Of a stretch of 64,000 nucleotides of DNA, positions 11,001 through 25,147 are shown in pieces. Under the pieces are notes generated by a model. It was not told where the DNA came from. It made no database searches and was given only the letters and a program-made list of their open reading frames with translations. How positions within the stretch are numbered: the stretch's first letter is position 1; each line of letters begins with the position of its first letter. The stretch comes from Takakia lepidozioides (taxonomy: Eukaryota; Plantae; Bryophyta), in contig CM060732.1 of NCBI GenBank assembly GCA_030704615.1, positions 22,692,001 to 22,756,000 on the forward strand, in the 5' to 3' direction. Made by a program: the position numbers and the translations under genes.

Positions 11001-12790
11001 TTTTAAGAACAGGGGGCGAGGCCTTGATAGTGCTTTTATTGATAAGATTATTGGAGGGAAAAAATTAAACCCTTTAAGTGCCCGAAGGCTGCCATAAGGC
11101 TGATCTCGCGGTTTGCCGTGCTGGATAACTCTCGAATAGTGAACGCATTACTAGGTACATAACAGACCCCTGAAAATAACCTCTCTCTCACAGCGAGAGG
11201 AATCCTACCAATAAACTGGCATATCATGAAAATTACATGGTTTTGATCCCGAAAGAAGATGCTTATGGTGTCAAGACCGAAAGAGAGTAGATGAGAGAAG
11301 ATGAGAGGGTCGGCGATCGGGGTGGCGAGAGAGGAAGGACAGCCAAAGCGGAGCACAAGTGGAAGGTATCGATGGGCCCTAGCTAAACACTGAAGACATT
11401 CTATCTATGAAAGCAAAGCTTGGCCGCCTGATGTGCTTCCAATTGACATCGGATCTTTCAAACTCAGGGGAAGCTGAAGAGCTCGGATCTGAGTCCTTGC
11501 CAAGAGTGTGGAACGGAGTCTGCCCAAACACAAGTGAGATCATAAGCGCAACTACAAATGACCCCATGCTTCCCCTATGTTGTTCGGAAGGCATGGAGGA
11601 GGGCTGGCTGACGCTGCGGCTTCCTGATAGCCTCTGCACACAATGAAGCCCATGCCTTCTTAGCCGCTATTGTAAGGTCAAAGAAGACCAGAGAGAGAAG
11701 GGCTGTAGGAGATGAGTTTTCATTGTTGAGGGCCCATGCATACCGACATTTCCATAAACACCAGAGAGTGGAGGCCCTTAGGGTCTCAAAGACCGGGCAT
11801 GAGGAAGCTTGGGATTTCTGTGCTTGATCATAGTTAAGCAAAATTTGCACCGGGGAGTCTGGCAAGAGGTCCCAATTCCTGTAGAAGTCCCTCACTAGCG
11901 GCCAGATGCAGTGGGAGCTTTGTAGTAGATGAGGCAGTGCTCCAAGGTTTCGATGGTACCTATCAAGCAACATTGGCATAGAAGAGCCTCTGCAAAGTTG
12001 AGAAATTGGCCTACTTTGAGGACTCGGTTGGCCACCTGCCAAAGGAAAGCGCTAATCTTGGCTGATTTTGATTTCTCCCATATTAAAGCCCAAATACACT
12101 TCCAGTTCTCATCAGCAAAATTTTCGTGCCCCCATTTATTATTCCATTTGGCATGCATGGGAGCAGCCCCCAATAGGGCCCTGTACGCTCTCTTGGCCGT
12201 GTATGCAAAGAAGGATAGGAGTTCATCTTTGAAGAGCCATTTCCATTCTGCCGGGTCAATTTGCAGAGAGGAAATTTGAGACCCTTCAATAAGAGCAAAA
12301 GAACTTTGTTGCAGCCATGGAATGATGGGAGAGCCCATCAGAGCTTGAGGGTTGAATTGTTTGGATGGGTCGGACCAGTGGCAGATCCGGGCTGGTGAGT
12401 AAATTTGTTTGTTTGTTGGCAAGACTTTGCGGAGACATGCAAGTCAATGGAGAAAATGTGGTCAAAGTACCTTACACCATGTCAAGGCGCCAATTGGTGT
12501 GTTGTGCTGAGTCATGCTCCCTACTCTTACCTTCCTCTTATGAGAGCCAATTGCCAGGCTTGTTTGTTTTGTTCTCTGGCGTTGAGCCCTGGTGCTGGGT
12601 ACCGTTGGAAAGCCCTCGAAAAGGAGAGGGTGCACCGACTTGGTCTCATGATTTTTGGACCTGGAAATTCGATCATTTGGACTTGTCATGTATGCAATAA
12701 CCTCGGTGCAGAACAGTCTTTGGGCCAGTCTTGTCAACTTGGAGACTATCTACAAATGATTCTGCAACTTTATTGTCCAACTTATCCAGT
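11001..12790 (-). mobile_element. 5'-truncated LINE of the same family as 2623-5716
   Basis: SAFLWQVANRVLKVGQFL...CQCCLIGTIETLEHCL and CPVFETLRASTLWCLWKCR align with LINE 1. The shared 3' terminal motif and A-rich tail lie at about 11001-11025. Confidence 0.88.
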
Positions 12791-13509
12791 GCTAACCAAA
12801 ATCTGAAAACTCCGATGACAGCTGGCTACCCAATATTCTACACTGCAACAGCAAAGATGGAATAGTCTGCCACTGATCTTAGTGGCATTGGCATTATAAT
12901 ACTTGGCAGTAATAGGGGGATTTCTGGCATGCAGTCTACCAATATCAGTATTTCAGATACATCCAGATTCCCAAGCCTGGATATACCTGATACATGCCTC
13001 CAATGCTTCTGTCTGGCATCAGATTTTCAATAATTGGTATCTTTCATTCATAGCCTACATCTCATTGCTATCTGAAGACCTCTTACATGTCCAGATACCA
13101 GCAAATACCATTCCAGGTATTTGCACATACCAACCAGTCAATGTGGACTACATCTATATTCTATTTCTGTGGTGGACTGCAAGGATCCAATAGTCTAACT
13201 TGTACATGAGATCATAGGGCAACAGAATTCCTAATAACTCAGGAATCATTACTGCCCCCCCCCCCCGGACTGACCTGCAAAAGAGATTACTAGCTGCTCT
13301 CAGTGGACCACTCTATGCAGCACCAAAACCAAAAAATAGGTTGGCCTGCAGGTAATCTAACGAGGTGATGCAAAATCCTGAGGGAAGCACTAGGCCATCT
13401 CCAACTGCACACATGTTTTCTCACTGACATGGCCAGACCATGTTTGTGGTCAAAGCTGATTTCTGCAACTAAGCCCCATCCTCCCCTAAAGAAAGTGGAT
13501 TACTAAATA

Positions 13510-16500
13510 CTACTGGGTATTGCCTGCTGTCTTCATATAGCTGTCGGCAGCCTGCGCCACTGATTGGATTGTCACCGGCACTCCAGGGCCCATCTGTTCA
13601 CCAGAACATGTGACACATCTATTAGTCCCTTTAATGGCAGCACCAAATCCTAAGACGAGCTAGTACAATCCCATTGTTGACGATGGGGCAATCCATGCAA
13701 GAGACCATGACCATGGGTAATCCCTTAGTCTCGGTGGCCATGGATCTTCCAGAGTGGTCTTTATTGCCATTATGGCCATACCCAGAGTAAATCAGACTTG
13801 TTGCAGAAAATCTAGATGGCCAGGGGGGGGGCAAGGGCTACCGTGGATGAAAGAGTAAAGCTGTTGAAGTAGCCTGCATACCTTGAGCCTGCAACCAATA
13901 CAGATCATTGCACTCGGAAAACAATTGGGAATGGATATGTTTGACTCACATTCTATCTTTCCAAAGAAAACCCTCTCTTCAAATAGCACAATATTTAACA
14001 TATACAAGCACTTGCATTAAGTTTGAAGAAACCACAAATGAGACAAACAAGAGGCCTTGCCAACTTACTTTTCTTCAAGCCCACAGGCTTAGCGCCGAGT
14101 AGAGCCCCAACAAAGGCAGAAATATTTTCAAGAAGTGCTGCTTCTGCAAAGCTAACCTGCCACGCATACAGTACAGAGTGTCAGAGGACTCAAGAAGCAT
14201 TTGCAATGTAACTTCTACAGAAAATAATATTTTAAGGTTTTGGATGTCCCCCAACTTAGTTTGCCATAGTGCCGCTAAGTTATCCACAAGTAGCCATTGC
14301 ACAAAAATCCTCTCAATCAGAGCTGAAAGGTGAGACACTACATAGAGAGGTGGATAAACAAAGCACCTTGCCAAGTCCCGCATGCACAATGCCTGTTTTG
14401 TCAGCGCGAAAATCAACCCTCCCACGCTTGGCAGCCTTCACGGCCTCCCCAACAAAGTTGGTCACAGTGCCAACCTGCACATTGGTCACCCAAGCCATAA
14501 GGCATCAGCAACCCTCCTTCCAAATGTTAGAAAAGTACGACAACGTAATTCATCAAAACATCAACACTGAAGGGGGCCTACACCTATGAACACAGCACCT
14601 CACAGAGTTCCAGTCATCGCTGATACTGACACTTGCTTTGCGAATCTGTCATATGCTCACTTGCAACATCACTATCTCCAGTATACACTGACATACACGG
14701 GAGAGATAAAAGTTGGTCCAGCTGCATCAGGAATCCCTGTCTTGCTTGTGCCAATTATTGTTCATCAAGGCACAACACTAGATCAAAGGGCACATTCTGA
14801 AACACCAAACATCAGCACAGGTTGGACCAGTCCCAGGCTTCATCTTCAAGGGCTTATACTAGCACGAACCATATCTCACACACACTGGCTGGCAGGGGAT
14901 TCAAAGGGCACGTGCACTTAATGCGGAACAGGGTCGGTCTGGATGTGGCATTAGAAAGGCAAATGGGCTCACTTGCTCAAGAAGCGATTTTTTAATTGTA
15001 TTTTAAAACAGCCCACGCTGGGCCCAGTATTGCAAATGGAAAGGCACTCTTTACCCCACTGATGAGGGTTGGTTGGTGTGTGGGGCAGTGGGATTGATGT
15101 GCCATCCACATGCCTTTGGCACCACTCCAAAAATGCATCCTCACTGGAGGACAATTGAAATATTTTGCGGATACATATGGCGACAGATCTTTAGAGACAG
15201 CCCCACAACAAACTGGAGAGCCTCCACGTTGCTTCACCCTACTTCAATGTATGCCTCTATGACAAGGTTATCCAAATTATCATTGCTTGGAGAGCCAGAG
15301 TTGAGGCAATTGATAACACAATTGAAACAAGGGAACCCGCAGATGCCTCAGCTTAAAACGGAGGCACATGCTTGAATATGTGAGGTGTACTTATTCATAG
15401 AAGGGCTTTTCCTCACAATGAATGTAGAGTGCTCAGCAGGAATGGACCAACTTTACCAAACGCACAGAGAGGTAAGTAGATGTGGCTACTACAACTCTAC
15501 CCTTCTGAAGATTGGCCTCGATATTCTATGGAAGCTAAGAAAAGGTCTAGCAGTTCAAACCACAGCATCACCACTCACCAGAGACAGATGTCCTTGAAAA
15601 ATTCCAGGACTAAACATAACGACACAGGCACCAGAAACTGACAACAGTGATTTCCGTTTACAACTGCAATAAACCAATAACAAGAACCTAGTCAAAATGC
15701 TGCTCGCTGAGTCAGGACTTTGGGTGGGCTGTTTGTCAGGTAAAATGTCCAGAATGTATGTAAATAAAATTGCAAAACCCACCAACACTACAATGTATGG
15801 TAGCATTCTCAGACCCTGCTAAACAGTGACCTGACAGAGCCGTATGAGAAACATCGAACAGATTTGATATTGCACATTTGGAGGGGTCAAAGTTAGGAGT
15901 TGAGGCTCCAATCATTGACAGTGACATATGTGCATAAGAATGTACTCACTGACCCTTCCCACAAATGCCAATCCAGTGGGAGCTGGTTGTGGGATCCAAT
16001 CCAGGGTTCACTGGTTGACACAGCAGGATACATACTCACTTGCATGCCCTACAAGGAAAAAAAACTTAGGATCGAAGCATAATTTTGAACCACATCCACT
16101 TATATTAATAGCAGACATCTTTAGAGACAGATCCACTCATTTCCTGATAGCATGCAGATATATTATGTACAGAGAATCTACTCATAAGACATTTGCCGTA
16201 GCTTTGTGGCCATAGACCCCACGCCTGGTTTGGGCGGAACAAGAGGGAACAGACAACAGACACACCCCCTTTGTGAGGGGCTCACTCCAGTATTGGGACT
16301 TAAGCAATTAGTTTGGGCTTTCCAGACTTCCTACAGAAAGCAAGAATCTATGCTGTGTGTGAGCTGCCCAGCAATTAGACCCCAACAGGACCAGGGCTTT
16401 ATGCTCAGCCTTTATGACCAGAAAAGTTGTGATAGACATTTCATCAGAAAGTAGGAGGGTGGGCTGACATTCCCAAAGATAAAAAAGAGGGAATCCGATG

Positions 16501-19075
16501 CTTACTTTGGGATTTGGCATCAGCCCACGGGGCCCTAGAATACGCGCCACCTGTTCCAACCACGGGGATCAAGATCGTTAGACAATTCCTCCAGAGAGGA
16601 CAAGCAGAGAACCTCCACTTCCATCTGTTACTTTTTTGAAGGAGACACAAGCAAAGAATAACCATAAGAGCGACCTGCACACACCCCCGATCCTCACAAA
16701 GAAAAGCAGCAGGATGATAAGAGAACAAAATAACCTTGCCAAGTCGGGGCATGAAAGACGGAGTGGCAATGCACTTGTCAAAATCCAACTTACCCCCGCC
16801 TGCATGCCGCAAATATGGTAAACCAAGGTTAATAGAAGATAAAATAGCTTCAATTGCTCATCTCAAGGCCAGCAATGTCATCCCTTCCTTCCTTTGACCA
16901 GGCACATCCAAAAGGTGAGATAATACGATTATAAATGCCAAGTACCAACAACCGAAGCAGTTCCAGCATCCACCCAACTGCAAACTCATTCAAGCTAAAC
17001 TAGTACCCAGAGATAGAAACATACTTTCCTTGATGAGATCCACTAGGTCATCAGCCCCCACCACATCTGCACCAGCTGCTAGCGCCTCCTGAGCCTCTGC
17101 TCCCTCTGCAAAGACTGCCACCCTTACCACCTATCCCATTTCCCAGTTAGCCCTTCACTACTACTATCATAAAGAAAGGTACAGTTAACCCGAACATCCC
17201 TCCCGTGCTTATCCAATGACACAAGCAACAGAGTTTATTCACACTAACTTATAGTCACACCAGAGTGGCGCAAGCCGATTGTTCCTTGTAGAATCCATCT
17301 ATTACTCAAAGAGAAAGAATGCTTGCCAATATTTAAGACTTGAAGATTACACACAAATATTCTCCTTTAGCCTGGAAGAGGTGGGGAATTAGTGTCAGGT
17401 AAGATGTTAACAAATTCCCAAAGTTCCTCAAAGAAACTAAATAAGCCATCAGTAGAGGGGGTGTGTGCCAACCTTGCCACTTCCATGCGGCAGGGTTGCA
17501 GCACCACGCACCATCTGCAAGCATGTCATTGACAAATCCAAATAGCTTAGCACAATCCTAACCTCCAATCCAACACTAACTCTTGCATTTAGGCAACAAA
17601 GTGTGCCATGGAGGACTCAACTACACAGGGCAGCAATCTGTCTGCACAGACACAGACTCTGCAGAAACCAGCATTCTAGATGATACCATTTCAGGGGAAT
17701 ACAGCAGCAACTGGCAGCTAAGGTAAGACAGATAAGGAGAGTGGCTTTTGTAAGATGCTGAGATTGCCTACCAAACCAAAGAGACCAAGACCAAGCATTC
17801 ACCAATGATAGCTCATCTTTTATTGCTGAAAACCTTAGAAAGGATGAGGGTTTAAGGTTTAAGACTTCTGGAGGACGAGTGACTGACCTGGTCTCCTCGG
17901 CGTGGATCGATGCCTAAACGCACATGTGCTTCGACTGTCTCATCAAAACGTGCTTTTGCACTTGACTGTTAATCCAAACCCCCAGCATAAGGATCAATAC
18001 AAATGCCTGCTGGACAAAGCAACCAAGCCCTGAAATTGAGAGAGCTTTTACTTCACCCAAAAGCCAGTTTGGATGGAGCACAAAGGAAGGGAGAGGCCAG
18101 TTGCAGCCGGAGGAAAGTCGCGACTTGTGACTTGCTTCATCAGTGGGGTATAGATATCAGCATGGAGTTGATTCTTCTTTTTCATTTTGTACATTATCAG
18201 GGTGTAAGTACTTACCCCAGAATTCAAACCCAGGGAGGGTGATATCTTTTTGCATTGTACTGAACCTCTTAAAATGGCCGAAAAGAGCTGCACGGTTATT
18301 TGGTGTTATTCTGTTCTACTTTTCTTGTCAATAACAAATCATCACACGTGCTAGCTATTCTGCACAACGCGGACCTCTTGAGCTAGCTGCATTAATGCAC
18401 AAACTGCCATACTTCTCTTGGATCGAACTGTAGCATTGTTCCTAGCTGAGCATAGACCTTAGGTGGTCGCTAGTTCAACTTCACCACAGGCTCCGACTTG
18501 AGTCGCAGCGTTAGCTAGGTCACTTTAAAGCATTACCTCCTAAAGTTGGGAGACAGAAATAGACAGTGGAGGCTAGGGTTACATCACGTCCAACATTGGA
18601 CCACAGCCCCAACACCCTCAAACAATCCCTCCCCGAGCAGGGATAAACTAGAAGACTGGAGGGAACGCATAGAATAAAGGGGCATCAAGGCTCCTACCTT
18701 CACTTGCCGAATGGCATCCATGAGCAGAACAGAATCATTGCGCTTTCTTTGTTGTAAGCGCGAGAAGGTGGGATAAGGAATCCCTAATGAAACTTTCTCC
18801 TGAGCGACTGCGCCATCAGCCTGGACCGCCAACTCCTCCACGCTGAGATCTTCAGGGAGGGGAGCCACTCGGGGCTTGATCGCAGGGATTCCCTCCAAAG
18901 GAGAACTGATGTGAGTATCCTTCAAGGCATCATCGGCAGCGATGATTGGGTCCGTAAAAGACGTACCCGAGTAATGGAGCTGGGAAGAGCGACCGAACGA
19001 GCAGTGGCATCTGCTGCCTGACAGCAACGAGGATGGCCGCTGCAGCAGGCGCAGCCCGGCTGCCTTAGCGGCCAT
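13510..19075 (-). CDS. RPL1: Organellar (probably mitochondrial) ribosomal protein L1, 10 exons, 346 aa
   Basis: Exons 19075-18698, 17965-17888, 17514-17473, 17130-17025, 16799-16735, 16550-16506, 14474-14367, 14156-14069, 13888-13842 and 13593-13510 are all GT-AG and total 1041 nt in frame. Motifs: [88 protein letters not shown]. The N-terminus resembles an Arg/Ser-rich presequence, and [14 protein letters not shown] resembles plant mitochondrial L1. Confidence 0.95.
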
Positions 19076-21407
19076 GCCCTGCACAAGAGAGACTCTCTCT
19101 TCTCTCCCTCCTCTCGCATGCTCTACGGGACGGAGGATGAAACTCCCGAACCAACGACTGCACCTTTGGATCAACGAATGAATGAAACTCACAAACGGAT
19201 GAGCTGTCAGATCAACGAATGATGAACGAATATGCCACCAAATCGGAAAATAATATTTCAGTGAAGATTCCTCACTTTCGGCTGGCATCCTTTCCAGTAA
19301 GATTCTTTTCTTGGTTTTTTAACTGCTGGGAAATTCATATAATAAGCTTAGCGTTGTCCCCAAGCAGAGTTTGTGGCTTTGCTTCAATCACCTCCCTCCT
19401 GCCGGGGACACTCTACATACCTCTTATTGAATCTCGCAATTCTCAGATGAATCTGTAATTGTTGTTCGATAATCATTGAATATGATTTTCGTGGAGTGGG
19501 GCCAAGTGATATTGTTGCTGGATATATGTGGATAAAGAGCATCCATCATCCACACATGATGCATTCCAATTTCCAAGACGAGCCCACAGTCACATGGGAT
19601 GTGTTCCATGATGCGTAGCCTATAAGTGGGAAGTGTGGTCCCTTGCGGACGCGGAGTCGGTCTGGAAAGGGTTGAATTATCCGCCCCCACAGGCTCCACT
19701 CCCCCTCTTACGCATCACTGCCAAAAAGAACCAGTTTGATCCTGTGGAGGTAGCATCTAGTCGGTAATTACCTAGTGCATAGTTTTATGAGTTTTTTAAT
19801 TAATCATGGATGATTGCTGTTTGCAACGGTTGTGTCGTCAAGCAGCTAAAATAGAATGCCGCGCCCATGACATCAACAGCATGATCTTTTATTCTGCGGG
19901 GGCACGCCGCAACATGAGCATTTTCTTTGGTGTTGCTACAGTGGCTGGACAGTTACTTTATTGTTCAGAGTTTTTAGCACTAACCGGCATGTGGGTTTAT
20001 TCTATAGCACACCTTGGAGGGTATATTTAGGAGTAAGCATGATGCATCATTGAGTGCGAACTGGGAACCTTACTAACGCGACCTGTTTTCCACGTTATCA
20101 CATATGGGTGGTTTTCCCAGCCGACAACTGTAGCTGTGACTCATGGCCGCGCAAGGAGCCAAGCTAATGAGCATCCGGCCATGACCAATAATTTTGTGAA
20201 TGGACACACAGTGTCTTCCGTGGTCTCAAATCCTTTTAAGGTGGGTCCTTTCCCTCTCACATTATCACCGGACCGGGGTGGGGCAGGTCTGTGTGATTGA
20301 TTGGGTCATTGCTTCAAATATTGGGGAAGAATACAATCAATATATATTGACAAGAAATAGAAAAAGAAAAACCAAGCAAGTGCTCAAGCAAAGCACATCT
20401 GAGGTTTGAGGCGAGGTTGAGAACATGGCATGACAAAGGGGGCTAACATGGCATGATGGTGAAAAGAAGACATGGCGGAAAGGGAAGGAGGAAGGTAAAA
20501 GGGTGCGGGGAGGAGTTGTGGAAGGCGGCGCCTTGCCTTCCAAGGATTTTGTCAACTTTGCTGCCTTCTCGCTGTTCGCTGTTCGCTGTCGAGGAAACGT
20601 AAGTTGGGTTGAATTTGTCAGGGCAGACTGATTGTGTGCGCGAAGTGGGTCCCCCAGTGTTGCGTGCGTGTCTGCCTATTTCACCCTTGTGCGTGAGTCT
20701 GGAGTCTGAAAGTCTGGCTGTGTCTCTTTTCTCTGACGCTCGTACTGGAGCTCTTGTCTATCTGCTTACGAGACTTCCATGAGTGTGTCGGGAGTGAGCT
20801 GTTGTTTCTCGAATATGTCGCCTGATGTGCGAAAGATTAGTTTTGGTAGAGTCCGGGGGATGCTTGCACTGTGAGTGCTGCAGGAGTTGATCTCGATGGT
20901 GTCCTGGTTTGTCTGAACTGCTGTGCACAGGAAGCTATAAGGGGATGATGCGAACTGCAGCACAGTTTCAAGGGGTTCATGCGTGCTGCCTCCTGAATCT
21001 AAGGCGCAAAGGACCTCAAAACTTCCAGAACGGTCTTGAAGGTACCATTCTACACTGCCAAACACTTGTTCAACTGCAATCACAACAGCTGTCGCTTGTT
21101 GCCAGGCATTCCTTTCACCAACCACAATGTGCATAAATCATTTTTTTGGGCAGATCTGGTCCTTGGGGTCGCTTAACTGGTAACTAAATGCGACGGGTGT
21201 TGCACTTACAAAAACCTTGGGGTATACTAGTCCCGAGTAGTCAGCCTCAACCTTGACCGAGATTCACCTGGTTCAAGTGAGACGCCGGATTGGTCTTGTC
21301 GTAGCTCTTGTTCCATCAGACGTGTAGCAATTTGTAGCAAGAAATCTGAGCCAGATTATGTCAACTGGAAGTCGCTCTTTTTACACACTCCTGCAATTCT
21401 GCGCTGG

Positions 21408-21495
21408 GGACTGGCCACAGGTGCAACCGGTCGCCAGGGACTGATCACGGATGCAACCAGTCGCCCGGACTGGTCACAGATTCGACATCGTCGCT
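21408..21495. repeat. About 29-30 bp tandem repeat, 3 copies
   Basis: Units of GGACTG(G/A)(C/T)CAC(A/G)G(G/A)TGCAACC.GTCGCC. Confidence 0.6.
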
Positions 21496-22440
21496 AGTGC
21501 TTGTAGTCTTCTCGAGAGTCGGTTGGGAGACTGTTAGTTCAGAGCAACCAACCTGGCTTGTGTACGATCAGACAGATATGAGGCTGACGTGAAATGGGCT
21601 CTTGGATTTCGATTTAAATGGTGTAAAGCAATTTGACAATGAAAGGAACAGAACACAAATCTAGCGAAACACATCTAGCGCTGGCCAAATTTTTTGTTCC
21701 TTTTCTCGTTTCTTGTCCTCGGAGATTGGAGAACTAGTGATAAGAAACGAAGCAGGAAATGGTAGGTAGTGATGGTAGTGTAACAGGACTGGCTAATTTG
21801 AATCACGAGGTTTCTTTCATGAGGCTTTGTCTACAAAAAACTGAGCTTCGAACGGGCAATTCAGGGGTTCCACTGGGAGTCACGTTGGGTTGCCAGGGTC
21901 ATTCACCCAGTGTCTCTAGATATCAGACACCCAACGCAAGTTACACCGTGCAGCCTGTAACCCTCCCTTGTTTTATTCCGTCTGAAAGTCACTGATAAAC
22001 CGTCATGTTAAGAGTTCCAACTCTAGAGATGTTCTCAATTTCTGTGAGCCTAGCATGGTTCGTGTTCAATCTTTGTATCTCAAGGAATTTGCCCCTGCAG
22101 ATTTTATTATTTTATCTTCAGTCCATCATATTATGGAACTCTAGCAGAGGAGGCTGAAGATCCCTGGCTTTCATGCCACTGCCAGTCATGGACTACAGCC
22201 CTTGGGATCATTGCGAACATTGAAGCAAATCTTCCCTACACACTAGTTGTTCTAAATTGCGAGCGTGGAAGCCCCAAGTCAACATTTCTGTGAGCTCGCC
22301 AGTGTTCATAGTTATCAGGCTATGGGAGTCGGGACTGGTAACTGACATGAGTTGGATAATGCGTGCCTCACAGGTTTATATCTGGATCTTGCACTTTGAC
22401 ACGAGAAACCGCAAAAATCACCCCTCCATACCAGGTAGCC

Positions 22441-23289
22441 ATGCTTCCAGCATCATTGAACCTGCGTCTCCTAGTGCAATGTTTTGTGCTAGCAGGGCTG
22501 GTGAGCTCTTGTGTCATCGTCACCCGTAATCTTCTACAAGGTGGCGCCATATTTCCTCCTTCTGAGGTACCATCTACGGTAGGTGGACCTTTCCAGGGAG
22601 TAGTTTTGAGTATCGTTGACTCACGATACAATCATACGAAAACCGTTCTCGAAAAATTGAATATGGTGGTTTCTCAGCAACTACCCCATGACTACCGATC
22701 AGCAGAAGTTAGCGATGGTTTGGAGAAGTACCAAGGGTCGAGAGCACTGCACAGTGACACCTTTCTGAAGGTATATTCAAACCGCCTGGCATTTACGGAG
22801 GCCTTACAGAGCTTTGTGGATGACAAGAAAAGCGGTAACACTTCTTGGAGGTTTTTCTTTGAGGATGACATTCAGTTGCACCCGTCCTTGACACCCGAAC
22901 GAGCTCAAACTCTGCTATCAAGGGGCTTAGATGTAGCTGCAAGTGATGGCATTGTTTACTTGGGGATTTGCGGGCCCCAGTGCTCAGGGCATACGATGGG
23001 ATTATTTGATGTGAATTCAGCTCGGTGTGCTGGTACCTGTGCACATGCATTTGGTTTTACGAAATGGAAAGCTGCCCTATTTCTGTCATCTATGGAGAAT
23101 CTGGTGCACTTAGGCTCTCTTTCCCCTGCAACCAGGTTGTACTTCGATCAGCTACTGCTCACCTTCGGACAGAAAGTACACCCAATCTGGACACTAGGCA
23201 GCAACTTGAGGAGCCCAATATCACCTAACATAGATCATTATGGGTTACTCTTCCAGGATAGAAATTTATTTCATTCAACAATCGGGTGA
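22441..23289 (+). CDS. Intronless type II membrane glycosyltransferase, GT25-like (about 282 aa)
   Basis: Uninterrupted ORF from the ATG at 22441 with an N-terminal hydrophobic segment (LLVQCFVLAGLVSSCVIV). It contains RFFFEDDIQL, GIVYLGICG, CAHAFGFTKWKAALFL and YFDQLL, following the GT25 pattern (FEDD...YLG...CTHAY.....A..L...D). Confidence 0.7.
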   Translation: MLPASLNLRLLVQCFVLAGLVSSCVIVTRNLLQGGAIFPPSEVPSTVGGPFQGVVLSIVDSRYNHTKTVLEKLNMVVSQQLPHDYRSAEVSDGLEKYQGSRALHSDTFLKVYSNRLAFTEALQSFVDDKKSGNTSWRFFFEDDIQLHPSLTPERAQTLLSRGLDVAASDGIVYLGICGPQCSGHTMGLFDVNSARCAGTCAHAFGFTKWKAALFLSSMENLVHLGSLSPATRLYFDQLLLTFGQKVHPIWTLGSNLRSPISPNIDHYGLLFQDRNLFHSTIG

Positions 23290-24035
23290 GCATAGATGGA
23301 GGGCACTCTGCTGAGGAGCGGAATCTTGACGTCTTTTCTGGTGAATATCACCAGCTAATTCTGACTCTTGAACCAAGGGTAGTACTACCTCTAGTTCCGA
23401 TTCTGGTGTCAACCTACCAATCATAGATTCACTCCATTCTTTAGTTGAATCTCAGACACAACAAACATATCTCAGTCACTTCATGAGCCTCTAGTTCAGG
23501 GAGGCACTGGAGCCCCATCCACAATACCTCTCTTTTGAAAATGCCTTCTTCATAGATCAGAGTATCTGTTTTAAACCTGGAAGGTCATCATGTCAGATCC
23601 ATCCTGCTGAAGAGAACCTGTACTACTACTAGTGTTCCTCTCTAGCCAACTTCATCAGAGTGTCTGTAATTAAATAGAGGCTGCAACCTATGATGAAAAA
23701 GCCATCCCACTTCACAAGAGTGGGCCTTCACTAGTGGCAGGCTGCAGTACAGTTTTAGTTAGCTTTACCCTGTGCCTGGGTAGGACCTTCGGCTCCACTG
23801 CGTTCAAGGACAATATAATTAACTCCCCACATACAGGCAGCTTACCCTGGGCTGTGTCCATCCACTTTGCAGCTAGCTTCTTGGTGGGCAGAGGGATGCG
23901 TGCGAGTAGCAATGATCTGTGGTGCTTTTTGTAACCAAAGGCATTGCATAGTGTGATCTATGTAGTGTGGGTTTGATTTTTGCAAGCCTGATGAAGCAGC
24001 GTCTTTCAGGAATGTTCAAGTTTTGAACTGTTTAC

Positions 24036-24312
24036 AAGACTTGTGGCCCCCAGGTGTTGCCAAATACCCTGGGAACAATTCTATCAATGAGAAACCCAAG
24101 CCAACTAGTGGCCTCCAATTTAGCTGACATCCTGCACTTATAAAGTGATGATATATATGAACTACAGAGGAAATAAAGCACAGACTTGTGGTCCCCAGGG
24201 GTAATACCTTGGGAACACTTCTATCAATGAGACAACTGCTAGTGGCCTCCAATTCAGCTGACATCCTGCACTTATAAAGTGATGATTTATATTTTACAGA
24301 GGGAATAAAGCG
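24036..24312. repeat. About 140-bp imperfect tandem duplication
   Basis: GACTTGTGG.CCC...GGGAACA.TTCTATCAATGAGA...CTAGTGGCCTCCAATT.AGCTGACATCCTGCACTTATAAAGTGATGAT occurs twice. Confidence 0.85.
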
Positions 24313-25147
24313 CACACATTGCATCCCCAGATCTGCAGTTGTCACATTTCTCAAGTGCCCCATGTGCTGTATCTTTTAGCAGGGAGGGTTGCCCATGTCA
24401 AGTTTAGCAATGCAGTGAGCATTGCATTCCTTAAAACCCCTCTGCACTTGGTGTTTTCTGACCAACGATGAACTACCTACACTGGCAGGTTCGTATCATC
24501 TTTGAATGAAAGCATCAAGTCCACCCATTTTCACGCATTGCCAGGTACACAAGATCTTGGTTGGGCTGGCCGAGCTCAGAATAATGACAGTATCGTGACA
24601 AATTAAAAATATGTAGGTACCCCCAGTTGTTTGAAAATTAAAATAAGCTCCCCTTTAAAATAATTAAAAGCTAAAGGGAAGTGGACAGGTACTAGAGGCT
24701 GTCCGAAAGAATGTGGAGGCTACATGTGGGTGCCTCTGCAAAAGTGGCAATTGCTGCATTTGGGGCCCACTTGGTGCCAACCTTCTAACTTAGATTTGTG
24801 GGGGTTACCCCATTTACCCGGATATATCCGTTGGGTATGCTCGATAAGGTTACCCACCGGACCTGGACGCTTCTCAAGGGTATATTTTATGTTTGCCCCG
24901 GACGCAAATGAACGGTAGAACACCAGCACTTACTGGACCCTTAGGGCGGGTATTGTTCTTCTGGCTAATAGGCTTGACCCTCATTATGTCATTGTGCCTG
25001 GGGCTTCATTCCCTTGCTCAGTAGGTTGTACCTCAAGGACAGATCGCAAATCCCAAAGCAATAACTAGCACTATGGAGGTATGTACTAGTGCGGTTTTCT
25101 AGGCTGGGGCTGTGCAAGACCTTGCCCTTGCACATATACCTATATAT

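Noticed and set aside
14600-15600. Coding-like stretches inside RPL1 intron 6
   Set aside because: They are interrupted by stops and show no recognisable motifs; probably decayed TE sequence.
18584-19288. 234-aa ORF as a stand-alone gene
   Set aside because: It is RPL1 exon 1 (ATG at 19075) extended into the 5' UTR and intron 1.
23700-24560. Exon-like pieces with splice signals (about 23767-23935 minus; about 24489-24544 plus)
   Set aside because: No recognisable protein family and no complete gene model.
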